This document shows positions 1-12,897 of a DNA stretch of 64,000 nt, in pieces; the first letter of the stretch is position 1, and every line of letters begins with the position of its first letter. Position numbers and translations under genes: made by a program. The notes below the pieces were generated by a model. The model did not search any database and had not been told where the DNA came from. It saw nothing but the letters and a program-made list of their open reading frames with translations. Origin of the DNA: the human T2T-CHM13v2.0 reference genome, Homo sapiens; the NCBI RefSeq assembly GCF_009914755.1, contig NC_060926.1; one strand, given 5' to 3'.

Positions 1-89
1 CAAATTTCATATATATATATGTGTATATATATATATGAATATATATGAATGTGTATATATATATGAAATAATAGTCTCTTAAATAATAA

Positions 90-1325
90 AGAATCCTGGG
101 AAAACTGGATATCCACATGCAAAAAATGAAATTTGACCCTTATCTTATACAACACAGAAAAGTTAACTGAAAATGTATTAAAGAGTTAAAGTAAGGCCTA
201 AAACCATAAAACTTCTAGAAAAAATATTAGACAACAAACATTTTGACATTGGTCTTGGAAATGATATCATGGATATGACACCAAAAGCACAGGCAACAAA
301 TGCAAAAATAAACAAGTGGGACTACATTAAACTAAAGAGCTCTGTTACAACAAAATAAATAATCAATAAATAGAAAAGGCAACCTACAGAATGGGAGAAA
401 ATATTTGTAAACCATGTATATGACAAAGGGTTAATATTCAAAATATATAAGAAATGCATACAGTAGCAAAATAAATACATAAATAAAAACATGGGCAAAT
501 GACTTGAATACACATTTCTCCAAAGAAGATATACAGATGGCCAATAGGGATATGTAAAAATGCTCAACGTCACTAATCATCAGGGAAATGAAACTCAAAA
601 CCAAAAGAAGATGTAAGTTTTTACTCATTAGGATGTCTATCATAAAAAAGATAAAAGATAATATGTATTGATGAGGATATGGAGAAAAGGGAACCCTTGC
701 ACACTGTTGGTGGCAGTAAATTGCTGCAGTTGTTATGGAAAACAGTAAGTGTTTCCTCAATAATTTAAAATAGAGCTACCATATGATCCAGCAATCCCTC
801 TTCTGGGTATATATTAAATGAAAATAAAATCAGTATCTGGAAGAGATAGCTGCAGTCATGTACATTGCAGCATTATTCACAATAGGAAATGACTTTAGTG
901 TTCACTGACAGAAAAATGTATTAAATAATGTGATGTATATATACAACGGACGACTTTTCAGACTCAAAAAGAAGGAAATCCTGCCATTTGTGACAACATA
1001 GTTGAACCCAGAGGACATTACGCTAAGTGAAATAAGTGAGCCACAGAAAGAAAAATACTGCATGATCACACCTGTATATTGAATCTAAAAAAGTTGTATT
1101 CATAGAAGCAGAGTGTAGAATGGTAGTTACTGGGGACGGGGGATGGGAGAAAAATGGGAGATGTTGATCAAGAGGACAAAGTTTCAGTTATATGGAATGA
1201 ATGAGTTTTAGAGATCTAAAGTACATGATGGAGACTGTGGGTAATAATACTGTATTGTACACTTGAAATTTGCTGAGCGAATAGATCTTAAGTATTTTCT
1301 CCATACGCAAAAAATGGTAACATTT
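90..1325 (+). mobile_element. L1 (old L1MA/L1MB-type) ORF2 3' part and 3' UTR, decayed
   Basis: L1 ORF2/3'UTR motifs: ggaaaactggatatccacatgc, ccatatgatccagcaatccc, gaggacattacgctaagtgaaataag; ends in gaaatttgctgagcgaatagatcttaag. Confidence 0.9.
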
Positions 1326-1559
1326 AATGGATAATATTAAAAAAGACATATGAAATCAGAAGGAAAAGTAACAAGCATTTTCAAATTTCTTGAGAGAAGG
1401 CTTTTAAAATTAGGTGATAGAAGAAGATAAAAAAGATAATTTTTAAACTTCTGTATATCAAAAAGCATACATAATAAATGTATACAATTTTTGACAACAA
1501 AGTTAAAGAAAAAATTAAAGTTATAAATGTAGAGTGATTGGAGCAATAAAAAGAAAATT

Positions 1560-2400
1560 TAATTTTCTATATATCAAAATTTATCAAAAATAGAATAGAA
1601 TATTTGAACAGCTGAAAAATCAGAAAATATTTTAAAACATGATATATATGTATATCTGCACATATATATGAATATGTGTATATATCCACATATATATGCA
1701 CAAACACAACTAGCTTGTGAATCAATAAGAAAAATACAAACATCACAAAGAAAAAGCAAAAAATTCATGTGAGTATATCAGTCACAGTAAAATAATCATA
1801 ACTGGTTTATAAATATGTAACTTTCTATTTCATAAGTAATTAAGTCTAACATTTCCTTTAATAACAAGACATCATTTTGCCTGCCAGATTAGCGAAGATT
1901 TTTAAAATGAATATATTCATTTTCTAGTTAGTCTGATGAGATATTTTCTTAGAGTACATATTGCTAGATCTTTATAGACAGCAATTTAGATGTGTGAGAC
2001 TTAAATATACTCATATATTTTGATTGTTTAATAAGAAATAGGGACAAAAATGATACATAGAAATGGTTATCACAGCACAATTTATGATGATGAAAGAATG
2101 CTAATGGCTTTATTTTCATTATCAAGGAACTATTTAATCCCACCTTGAGATACATACAAATGATGGGAAACCATGCAGTCATTAAAAGGTATGTTTTATG
2201 AATAATTTTGTAATGCAGGGAAATGTAGTAAAAATAAATTATAATAAAATTTGTATAAACAACACATTTTAACTACAACAGTAAAATATATTCCTGGAAA
2301 GAAAATTATTAAAAAGTTATCAGAATTCTAACAGTTGTTATCTCTCGTTGTGCTTTTGAGATGATTTTTATTACAATAAATTTTTGCTATGTTATCATTT
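1560..2400 (+). mobile_element. Very old L1 (L1ME-like) fragment
   Basis: Degenerate L1 3' motifs (aatcaataagaaaaa, gccagattagcgaagatttt, cacagcacaatttatg); boundaries approximate. Confidence 0.45.
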
Positions 2401-3540
2401 CTTCAGTGAACATGTGTTGTTATTATTATGTGAAAATATGTTTGGTAACCAATAACCTTTTCTAATTTTTGGAAAAAGGTATAACATTGTGTCAAATGCT
2501 TCATTAATTACCAAGTGATGGAAGATACAAAGTATGACAAATTAATTAGTTTGTTATGTGATATCTGTAAAAACTAAGTCAATAAACTGTTCCAATAAAT
2601 TTCTAAGTAAAGAGCACAAAGTTTTTTTTAACCTTTGCTTCTTTTGGTCTTATTTTATTATTTTTATTTTTTTAAGAACGAAGACTTGAATATGTTTCCA
2701 GGCTATGTTAAAGGAGCCAACGTATTAGCAGAGATTTAAGATATTTTGTGAAGTAAGATCATGGAGAAGGCAGAAATGTAGTCCAGAGAAAATGCACAAA
2801 TAAAAATTGAATGCTTCTTTCTTCAATAAAAGAAAGGCAAAAGATGAGGATGATTGAAGATGGAGTTGGCATTTTAATTGGAAAGTAAGGATTAATATAT
2901 TGTGTGAGGTATGACCCCTCCCCCTGCTCCTCAATTTCATGTTAAAGCCTCCAACCTTATGATTTCAGCCCATCATCAGAAAGACCATCATCTCACCATA
3001 TTCAGAAGGTGAGATAAGATGAGGACCTATGGAGGGTACAATATTTCAACAGCTGCTACTTGGATTGGAATGAAAGCTGCCCACTGACTCAAGAAAAGGT
3101 TAGTGCAGAGTTCTAAAGGCCTAATTGATGCTGGAATTACTTAATTACTTTGTCTTGAAATCAGTTTTTCTTTAACACTGTCTGGTTATAAAAATGGTTC
3201 AAATGTATGATGATAGTATTTTTAGGGTTAAAATATTTTTAAAGTGATTTGTTAAAATCTTCAGTGCTAATAAATTTGAGGGAGTTGATGAGAACGTATT
3301 TAAAATATACATTTGGCCAACATCTCCAAAACTTCCTCCCACCCAGCTCCTGGAAATCACCATTACAGTCTGCCTCTATGAGCTCAACTTTTTTGGATTC
3401 CACCTATAAGCTAAATTATGTGGTATTTGCCTTTCTGTTTCTGGCTTCTTTCATTTAACATAATATCCTTCAGGTTCATCCATGTTGTTGCAAATGACAG
3501 GATTACCTTCTTTTTTAAGGCTTATAATTATTACATTGTG

Positions 3541-4168
<628 letters not shown>

Positions 4169-4249
4169 TAGCCCTTCATTTTTTGATGGACATTTTGATT
4201 GACTCTATATCTTGGTTTCTGTGAATAATGTTGCAATCAACATGAATAG

Positions 4250-4725
4250 TAGGGAAGAGAGGGCTGGGGAGATGCTGGTCAAAACATGCACAATTTCAGT
4301 CAAATCATAGGAATATTTTCAAGTGATCTATTGTGCAATATGGTGATAACAATGAACCATATAGTCAATAACAATGGACTGCAGTTTTTTGAGATGTGGT
4401 CTTGCTGTGTTGCCCAGGTGTTAGTGCAATGGCTATTCATAGGCATGATCATAGCATGCTACAGCCTTGAACTCCCGGGCTCAAATCATATCCCTATCTC
4501 AGTCTCTCCCAAAGCTGGGACTGCATGTGTAACTGTATTCTTGAAAATCACTAAGAGAGTAGATTTCATGTGTTCTCACTATAAAATATAAGTGTATGAG
4601 GTAATGCATATGATAAATAGGTAGATTTAGTCATTCCACAATGCATATATATTCCAAAACATCATAGTGTATATTATAAACATATACAATTTTTATTTGT
4701 CTTAAAACAAATCTTTAAGAAATAT
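4250..4725 (+). mobile_element. L1MA 3' end (sense), interrupted by an Alu monomer
   Basis: ggagatgctggtcaaa...gatctattgtgcaatatggtg...cttgaaaatcactaagagagtagattt...tatacaatttttatttgtc. Confidence 0.8.
4385..4530 (-). mobile_element. Alu monomer (FLAM/FAM-like)
   Basis: ttttgagatgtggtcttgctgtgttgcccagg...ctacagccttgaactcccgggctcaa. Confidence 0.75.
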
Positions 4726-4910
4726 TTTTAAAAATTAATGTAATAGTATACATTTGAGATAATAAATAAATCTAGAAAATAAATCTAGAATGAATTCAAT
4801 AATCTGGATAGTAGAAAAGGAAGCCAAGGGTTATGTGCCTCTAAACAAATGAAAATATATTGTAAGAGAGTGAGATAGGTGCAAGATCAAAGAATGGGAA
4901 CTTACACTTC

Positions 4911-5388
4911 TGTATTAGTCAGAATTCTCTAGAAGGACAGAACTAGTAGGATAGATGTATATACAAAGGGGAGCTTGTTAAGGAGTATTAACTCACACGA
5001 TCACAAGGTCCCACAATAGGTAGTCTGCAAGCTAAGGAGCAAGGAAGCCAGTTTGAGTCCCAAAACTGAAGAATCTGGAGTCTGGTGTTAGATGACAGGA
5101 AGCATCCAGCACAGGAGAAAGATGTATTCTGGGAGGCTAAGCCAGTTTAGTAGTAGAGAGCTACTAGTAGTAGTAGTAGTAGAGAGCTACGTTCTTCCGA
5201 CTGCTTTTACTGTGGCTGCACTGGCAGCTGATTAGATGGTGCCCACTCAGATTGAGGGTGGGTCTGCCTCTCCCAGTCCACTGACTCATATTTTAATCTC
5301 CTTTGGCAACACCCCTACAGACACACCCAGGAACAATACTCTGCATCCTTCCATCTAATCAAGTTGACATTCAGTATTAACCATCACA
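4911..5388 (-). mobile_element. MLT2A solo LTR (HERV-L)
   Basis: Termini tgtattagtc...ttaaccatcaca; perfect 5-bp TSD ACTTC (4906-4910, 5389-5393). Confidence 0.93.
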
Positions 5389-7586
5389 ACTTCTTCTTCA
5401 TTGGTTGACTAAGGAAACAGAACCACAACTTGCTGTATTTCTGATACTAGCTATATCCTCAAGGCTGACACGTAGCCACTTCCTGAATAGTGATTTACAC
5501 AAACCCCAATGAGGTATATATTTAAGAATTTTTTAAAGTTCCCCATTTTAATTTTACCAACCCTTTCACTATCTTAGGTAAAATTTTTATTTTTCCAACT
5601 GTTTCAGCCTAGTTTTCAGTAAATATTTTTCTTAGCTAATATGAAATTTAAAAATACCTACAACTATTAGAAAGTGGGGAGTGTGCCTGTAGAACTATTT
5701 CTATAATTATAAAGGCATTTATAATTCCAATGCCTTTAGTATTTCTTGTATTAAATTACATAGTAGTATTTTACAACTGGGTAGAATTCTTAAATAGAGA
5801 ACTCATTTATACAAAGTCATTTCTTGCAGTTGTCATTCACTACTTCAATTCTCTGCAATCAGTGAAATCATTTTGTGACCTGAAGAAATTTACTGGTGAA
5901 AAACAAACAAATAAACAAAAAAAAAAATTGTGAGTACAATTTAGGAGAATAAAGAAAAAAAATGTTTGTTAAGATGAACGTATCAAGTTTTGCACAGCAA
6001 ATGATTTTTGAAATTCATGGAAATTAATGTACATTTTTAAGGTCAAAAGTTCTTTCACAGATTTTAGTGATTATACATATTCCTTTAGCATCCCCTTAAT
6101 GAGGTAATCTCTGGGAATCTGAACGGTTTTTAAAATATTTTAAAATGTAATTCATTATGGTTGAAATCCCATTGGGGTATAGATGCCAAATTTGGATATG
6201 TAGGGAAGAGCTATTCACCAATGAGGTAATTAAATACTATTTGAAGTTGTATTTCAACAATCAAGGATTTATTAATGAAAGCTATAAGCCTTGTGTAAAA
6301 TAAGAAGATACTGCTTGAGGCTGGGCTGGGCCTTGGCTAAGGAATTTAAGACTTTGCAATCCTGACACTTCTAAAATTTATGCAAATAATTTCTTTCAAA
6401 TCTCTACTGTAATGAATAATTCTAAAAAGGAAGTCACAATTGACCCTTATCAAGACTATTCTTATAGGAATGTTAAATATAATTCTAAATAATCAATATG
6501 CAAAGTTAGCACACTTATGATAAATGTAAATTAAGATGTCTAGGCTGGTGTAGGTTTGTATGTGTTTGTGTAGGTGTGCATTTCTTCTACATAGATTTTA
6601 TTGATATTTGCTTAAAATATATTCACTGTAACCTTCAAACCAGTATTTCCTGAGCAACATGGACTTCATTGCTAAAGTGAATTCCATTTCACTTAAAAAA
6701 ATCTCAAGCTGCATATAACTAGGTTATTGAAAATAATAGTAATACCCATTTGTATATAATCTTTACAACTTGGAAATAATTTTTACATTTATTTCCTGTG
6801 TGACAACCCTTCAAGTGACATAAACCAACTTAAAAATCTAAGAACTTGCCTGGTCAACTGTTGCACAGAATCGTATGTAATGAATCACAGTGAAGACAAT
6901 AAGTAATTTTAAAACTGTTTTTGCAAGTTTTACTTTTATCTCTATGAGAACTTGGGAGATAAATTATTTCATAGACCATAATATTTCTTAATAAAAATGT
7001 TATTTCTGTTTTTCTTGTTACCCAATCTCCTACTTTTAGAGTCTCTGTCTTTGTTTCCCAGATCTTTATAGTGAAAGTTTTCTTCTCTGTTTATCCTTCC
7101 CCTTAGTTTTGCTTGCTCTATCTCCAGTCTTTTGATTCCAAATCATAAGATATACACTGATGACTGATGACATTTCCTTTGCTTTGGGGTAAGAGGGGGA
7201 AAAAAAGGACAGAATCTGAGTTGGCAAAAGTAAAAAAAAAAAAAAAGAGGTATGAATAGACTAGGAAATCAGGAACACTTGTGACATTAGTTATTGCAGT
7301 TCCCATTTTTCAGAGTTGAAATCCAAAGGTCAGAGAAATTAAATTAATGAGCTAAGGTAAAATAAGAAGTAGGTGAGATCATTAATATTCTACTTTTTCA
7401 TGTAAATTTTAGTGTTTTTCTCTCCTTATCACATGTATCTTGGCTTCTCCTATTTGTAGAAATAATTTAAAAATAAGAAGGAAAATTATTTTCAGTAATC
7501 ATTCTCAAAAATTTCTTCCCATCATCAAATCTTATTATACACAAATATACAAAGTCACACATTCACACATATGTACACACACAACC

Positions 7587-8106
7587 TGTGATGGTTAATA
7601 TTGAGTGTCAACTTGATTGCATTGAAGGATGCAAAGTATTGTTGCTGGGTGTGTCTGTGAGGGTGTTGCCAAAGGAGATTAACATTTGAGTCAGTGAACT
7701 GGGAGAGGCAGACCCGCCCTCAATCTTGGGGGGCACAATTTACTCAGCTGCCAGTGTGGCCAGAATAAAAGCAGGCAGAAGGAAGTGGAAAGACTAGACT
7801 GGCTTAGGCTTCTGGCCTACATCTTTCTGCTGTGCTGGATGGATACTTCCTGCCCTGGAACATTGGACTCCAAGTTCTTCAGCTTTTGGACTCTTGGACA
7901 TTTGACCATAGAGTGAAGGCTGCACTGTCAGCTTCCCTACTTTAGAGGCTTCGGGAAGTGGACTGGTTTCCTTGCTCCTCAGCTTGCAGACAGCCTATTG
8001 TGGGACCTCACCTTGTGAGTGTGTAAGTCAATACTCCTTAATAAACTCCATTTTATATATATATATTTATCCTATTAGTTCTGTCCCTCTAGAGAACCCT
8101 AATACA
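7587..8106 (+). mobile_element. MLT2A solo LTR (HERV-L)
   Basis: tgtgatggttaatattgagtgtcaacttg...agagaaccctaataca; perfect TSD CAACC. Confidence 0.93.
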
Positions 8107-8289
8107 CAACCACTTCCACTGAAAATGCCAAGTAATTCCTTTGCTTTTTACCACTCTAATAACTGAGAGTGGAAAGAAATCTATTCTTAAATATGCTTCT
8201 ATGACTTAGTTACTGGATTATTACCCAACCCCTGACTATTTCAGAGACAGACAGAATAAAAGTAGAACAGCCAGAAAAAGTCATCTTGT

Positions 8290-8640
8290 AAATTGATTTT
8301 TGGCAGATTGCTAATGATCACCCACATCTGATTGCTACTCTTGGATGCATATACCACTAGGCTACAGGTTCTAGTGTCCCTTGTCATCAGGTATGACTCT
8401 GTGCTGAATTCTGACTAATGAATTGTCAGTGGAAGTCATATACAGTATACCACTACCAGGATTGTCTTTAAAATCCTCCCATTGCCAATGTCAAATTTTT
8501 TCACCATATTTTGGCTGAATGGATGGCGCTTCAAGGATCTGGAAGGCAATGAAGCTATGAGGCGAAAGGATCTTGGGCCCCTGAATAAGCTCATGGAAGG
8601 GTATTAATGAAAATCAATCACTTATTTCAATAAACCACAG
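8290..8640 (+). mobile_element. Old MLT1 (ERVL-MaLR) LTR fragment
   Basis: tgaattctgactaatgaa...gtggaagtcat...gaaaggatcttgggcccctgaat resembles MLT1I/J-type LTRs. Confidence 0.45.
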
Positions 8641-11249
8641 ATAGTTGCGAATCTGTATAAGACTATCTAAAACTGGTATTCAAAGGACAGTGCTAACATA
8701 AAAATACAGAATAATATTTAAGAAGAATATTTAAGAGAAAAGGTAGGAAAGAAAACTTTTTATCGTTTTTGTCACTATTTTGTTTCTTCCACTATTTTCA
8801 TGGTGTTTTCTTTAATGCCACAAATTCACTCTTGGTTCTCCTCTCCACGTTGTGGAAATGACTACAAAGTCTATGCAGTCTCTACCTTCTATTTTTTGCA
8901 TTATCTCTTAGTATTTCTGATTTCTCAGGCACAAACAAAACAAAACAAAATTTAAAAGATTTTGTTCTTTCACTGCAATTTCAGTATGTATTTGTAGGGT
9001 TATTAGACAGAATTTGATAAAAAGTTGGTTGACCGAAAGATATCGATAAGATAGCTAAGAAAGGCTTGATTCAAGTTAAGTGCCCAAGAATCTGCCCTGT
9101 AACACATGCAAGCCCTGGAGGACTTCAAAAATGTGAAGAAGGAGTAGAATCCAAGAACCCAAAGAACGTACTGTAATACAGGCATCTATCTTCAAGATAA
9201 AGGTTACAGAATTTGGGAAGCTGACAAGAAGTGAGCAGTGTGTTTCTATGTTCACCAGAAGTGAAAATATGTCAGAAAATGAAATATATTTTCTATAAAT
9301 ACCATCGTAACTAAAAATTTAAAAAGTAAAACTACAACTCCACCACAAATTGCAAGACACATTCAAACTACAGAGCTTTTATATTCTAAGCATCAGCCTA
9401 AGAGTTAGATTGCAGACTACATACACTTATCTTCTATGTACACTCATATCTGGATAGAGATATAATGATTGGGACAATCAAATAGGGCCATCTCTAAAAA
9501 ACCAGAATCTGAAAACATGACCTGCCTGCTTTGAGTTGAGTCTACACTCCTTTACCACTTGCATTCTTTTGTAACAATAAAAATAATAATAGCCAACACT
9601 TATTTAGGGTCTACCATGAGCCCAGCATAGTAAACCATTCATAGCTAGTCTTCCAGAGTTAAACAAAAATTTTAAATATGCTTGCTGGATAAGAATTAAT
9701 AAGTATATATTATATCCAACAAAATGAGATGAGGTATTTGTAGGTAAAACAACAAAAATATACAATTATCTTTGAAAACCGGAGGCTTACAGAAACATTT
9801 GACTTGACCAATGGAGTGATGAATTGAAAAACTATAGCAGATTCCAACTGGAGTAAACTGAAGTCTCATTTGTAGTTTCACACCTGCTTAGGGACACAGC
9901 TTTGTGTATGGTTTGAATTCAAAACATCTCCAAGTAAAGCAGTCGAGTACCCCACAGACCATTCAGACTATTCCTCACAGTGTCTGTGCAGGCCTAGGGA
10001 GAGATTCATGCAGAAAGTGTTGGCATCACAAAATGTTACTAGGCCAACATTAGGACTGGGCTTCCAGCCCAGGTACACTAAATACCAGGAGGCAGAAAAG
10101 AGGAACAGCTGGCAACTGCTTTGGCCACATGTATCAACCTTCTTTCTACCCTCCTTCACTCTTGAAGGATGAAAACAGTCTTCTTACAACTGGGACAGGA
10201 GGTGCCATCATAGCTCATTGTAGCCCTGTCAGGGGGCTATATCTGTTAGAACAGAAATATCAGCAGGGGTTTTCTTCCAAAGCTCAGAGCTGTCAGGTAA
10301 AAATTGAAGGGGAGCACAGAAATGTTCAAGGGAATCAACCAAGCATGTTTTTGATGTATATCCGTTTTCTTTATCAGACACAGTGAAGTTGGAGAAACTC
10401 CTGTTCCACCATAAGATCTGGTCATAAACATTGTAGGTAAAAAACTTGATTCTGATGGAAATTTTTTATTCCTTTAATTTTCCAACCTTAATATGGTACT
10501 TAATCTGAAGAAATAGCTCATTTTAAAGACATTTATTTGGATATCATTATGCATAAATGTGCTAATATGAGTCATTATACATGTAATTATTTTCATATGA
10601 CAAATTAGGATATGGAAAAGGTGGTAATTTTATGACCGCTGAAAAGTGAGGATACACTTAATTACATTAGAGTTGATGTAGTAACATAAATTATATATGC
10701 TATAAGGCTTTAACCCAGTCCTGAAAATAATAATGACTAAGTAAATGATATATATTTAATTCACTGATGTTTTCATTATTCTGATAGATTTTAATTTATG
10801 TTAGTATGATTTTTTACATTCTTTGCTTCTATTTTTTCTTTTAAAGAAATATTGATCCATGGTACTTATCCACAAAATACTAGAACAGTTTCTCTGTTTA
10901 TAGGTTCAAAAACTCTGCATTTAAAAGAATGTTCATAGTATTTCTTATACTTAGGAGCTAAATATTTACCATTAGTATTTCATGATCTCTTAACTTTGTT
11001 ATCCACTTTTTGCTCTTTCTGTTTCTATATTACTATAGCAAGTTGATGTATTCTAATTTAAATAAAAGGACCATAAACTTCTTAGTCACTCAGGATCAAA
11101 ACTTTGAAGAAGGAGTAGAATCCATTACAGTCCACTCATTCCCATCCCTGTAAGGCAATGGCAAAATCCAATAGATTCCATTTCTATCATCGACTGTGAA
11201 TGCTCTGTAGATTACAAAGCATATATACCCATTAGAATAGTCTTAATTA

Positions 11250-11780
11250 TAAATAATAAAAAGCAGTCAAAACTGGGTTAAAAATGAAAATGATTTATTG
11301 GCTTATATATCTCCAACTTCTAGTGGTAGGGAAAATATCAAGTGTAGTTTGACCGAGTTTCCCTCCCCATCTCTCTATGATTCTCTTTGTTATTCCTTCT
11401 GTAGATTGCTTTTGGAAATATGGATATTTTAGCAATATTGATTATTCCAATACATAAACATGGGATTTTTTTTCCATTTGTTTGTATCATCTATGATTTC
11501 TTTCAGCAGGTTTTGTAGTAAGATTTTGTTTGTTTTCTGTTTTTTTTGTTTTTGTTTTCTTTTTACTCAGTCTGGCTTTTCACATGGCAGAAGAATAATT
11601 GTTGCAATTCAAGGGTCATATACACAAAGATCAATACCCAGAAGGTGAGAGGAATCAAGTTTTCATGGTGGTCACATCAACATATTGTTCTTCATTCTAA
11701 TTAGACTGGTTCATGTCATACATCAATTTTTGAACAAGCCACTGCAACTACAGAAATGCCATATGATGATTGGCTGAGAG
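11250..11780 (-). mobile_element. Old MLT1-type LTR with a short L1 fragment inside (about 11420-11520)
   Basis: gatttattggcttatata...ctaattagactggttcatgtc...ttgaacaagccactg; the L1 piece is attgattattccaatacataaacatggg. Confidence 0.45.
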
Positions 11781-12754
11781 CTGAATTATGTGTCCCTCCC
11801 ATTCAATTTAAATTTATCAGTGTTTGACCTATCCCAGACAAAGTTTCAATTATTTATGTGTGCATGAAAAAATTTCATCCATCTCTACAGCTACTGTACA
11901 AGTGGCTAAAAGGTGTTTTGATGCCCGCCAACCAAAAACCACCAAGAATACACATGTGATCAAATTTACTGAAATAAGGAAGATTGTTCACCATTAAGAA
12001 CACAGTAAAAGAGTATTGGAAGGAAAATGTTATGGAATATGGGCTTGTGTTTGGTGAATTTGGTAGGAGTTCAAGGAAGTGGAGGTTGTTTCTGGATTGA
12101 GTGTTGTCACAAAAGAGGAGCATTTCAATGAATGGCATCTCAACATTTTGTATCTAGTAGGGTGTGGGGAATAAGATTGTTTTTAATCTTTCTCAAGTGG
12201 AATGAACTCTGGGAAGGTGATAACAAAGTTTGCTATATTCTGTAAATCGCTTAAGGATATGAACCACATTTTAATGATTTTCTAAATCACCTCTATACCA
12301 TGTATACAGATTAATAGTAGATATTCAGTCCATATATATTGACTTGCCCTAAAAGTTATTCTTCAGATGAATCAGTGGGCCTATGAAATTTTGTGAGATT
12401 TACTCAAGATTTAACTTGATGGATGAAAACGCCTATTGTTTATAAAATGTTAATTTTGACATAAAGAATTGTAGGGACATTCAAAATGTTATGACATTTA
12501 GTACCAAAACAAAACTAATATATCTATATTGTTATTCACATTTTGTGAATGAGAAAAAAAGGGCTGAATGAAATTTAATAATTTAGCCAATGTTATGCAG
12601 ATAGTATATGACAATATAAGTGTTTTCCCACTATAAACCACTATTTCTTTAGAGAATTATGGACTTACATTTTCTGAATTTCTAGAAATCTGGTTTTGCA
12701 AGTTTTAGCTGCAGCAAGACCCATAGCATATGATTTTTTTGTGTGTGACTTCTT

Positions 12755-12897
12755 TTGTTGTTGTTTTGAGACAGGGTCTCACTCTGTTGCCCAGGCTGCA
12801 GTGCAGTGCTGTGATCATAGCTCACTGCAGCTTCCAACCCTCTTGCCTTAGCCTTCCAAGTACGTGGGACTACAGGCTTGAGCCACTGTTTCCAGCT
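12755..12897 (-). mobile_element. Alu monomer (FLAM)
   Basis: gagacagggtctcactctgttgcccaggctg...gggactacaggcttgagccactg. Confidence 0.85.

Noticed and set aside
11915-12250. Possible old LTR fragment
   Set aside because: I could not define termini, TSD or family with confidence.
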